Virus record (IMG/VR): IMGVR_UViG_3300023214_000730
Location: 1 to 36,213 of that record
Length of the DNA stretch: 36,213 nt
Source of the DNA: a virus
Lineage: Duplodnaviria; Caudoviricetes
Strand: one strand, 5' to 3'
Notes under the pieces: generated by a model
Databases searched by the model: none
The model's input: only the letters and a program-made list of their open reading frames with translations
Told to the model about the DNA's origin: nothing
Position numbers and translations under genes: made by a program
Shown here: positions 35,553 through 36,213 of the stretch, in pieces
How the letters are laid out: the number at the start of each line of letters is the position of its first letter
How positions within the stretch are numbered: position 1 is the stretch's first letter

Positions 35553-36213
35553 ATTTAACCTCCGTTTTTCGAATTGCAATTACCTTCCCTAGAATTTTAA
35601 ATGGCCGCTCCGGTGGGACAACAATAACCGGATAAGCCTGGTTTTCAGGCTTTAACTCAATGTGCCGATTAAGCTTATAAAAAGTTTTACAGGTTGCTTC
35701 ATCATCATCCAATAAAGCAATAACAACCTCACCATTTATCGCTGTCTCTTGGCTGCGCACAATCACAAAATCCCGATCATCAATACCCGCATCAATCATA
35801 CTGTCGCCTGTGATCTCCAGCGCAAAACAATGACCTCTGGCTATTGTTGTATCAACTAGAAATTCACCGCGTCTGTCTTCTATCGCAAGTATTGGGTGAC
35901 CAGCTGCTACCTGGCCCAAAATCTCAACCGGCACCACCTGTGAAATCACGGGTATAGACGTTGCTGGTTCTATCAATTCAATAGCCCGAGCTTTGCCTTT
36001 ACCACGTTTGAGATGGCCCTTAGATTCCAGCTGCTGGATTATTTCAATAGCACTAGAGCTTTTGATACCCCTAGCATCAGCAACATCGCGTACAGTCGGC
36101 GACATGCCGTGCTGCTGTTGATATTGGCGGATAACCCGCATGGTATCTCGCTGGGCCTGAGTTAGACCCACCGTGGGTTTAGGTCCTGGTTTCATATGCG
36201 CTTCCTTAGTCAT
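35527..36213 (-). CDS. lexA: LexA-type repressor (winged HTH + S24 peptidase)
   Basis: SPTVRDVA...LESKGHLKR...RAIEL DNA-binding domain; VAAGHP Ala-Gly cleavage site; GDSM Ser; TCKT Lys; start may be 36195 (AAGGA RBS). Probably phage-borne rather than the host SOS copy. Confidence 0.9.
   Translation of the reverse strand: MTKEAHMKPGPKPTVGLTQAQRDTMRVIRQYQQQHGMSPTVRDVADARGIKSSSAIEIIQQLESKGHLKRGKGKARAIELIEPATSIPVISQVVPVEILGQVAAGHPILAIEDRRGEFLVDTTIARGHCFALEITGDSMIDAGIDDRDFVIVRSQETAINGEVVIALLDDDEATCKTFYKLNRHIELKPENQAYPVIVVPPERPFKILGKVIAIRKTEVKYANNGSNN

Larger units (their letters stand above)
1..36213. mobile_element. Temperate prophage, lambda-like head + P2-like contractile tail, phage WO-like organisation; ends not in window
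   Basis: Contiguous lysis, tail, baseplate, head, packaging, replication and repressor modules; no host housekeeping genes; no integrase or att site visible. Confidence 0.95.

Overview
The whole window is one AT-rich temperate (pro)phage. It has a lambda-like head/packaging module, a P2-like contractile tail, and a gene inventory I recognise as phage WO-like (Symbioviridae-type). On the minus strand, from right to left: RuvC-like resolvase, DUF6378-like protein, a lambda-like cos site, ParB-methyltransferase, terminase, portal, S49 protease with nested scaffold, capsid, baseplate (V, PAAR, W, J, I), VrlB/VrlC-like tail genes, sheath, tube, frameshifted tail chaperone, tape measure, U/X/D and a holin/GH108 lysis cassette. 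A plus-strand replication/recombination operon (sigma70-like factor, Sak4-like ATPase, SSB-like protein, Cas4-like nuclease, primase-helicase) converges on a LexA-led three-gene operon. No integrase or att site is in the window. Main observations: (1) a bipartite motif GGACA-N15-CTGAAT occurs 7 times, always facing the downstream operon, and is the likely promoter of the phage sigma factor; three copies are tandem at an exact 96-bp period. (2) A free-standing intein-derived LAGLIDADG endonuclease lacks its splicing residues and exteins and sits where a helicase gene is expected. (3) One tail gene carries two lesions in an otherwise intact genome. Family assignments come from motif recognition and gene order, not database searches.
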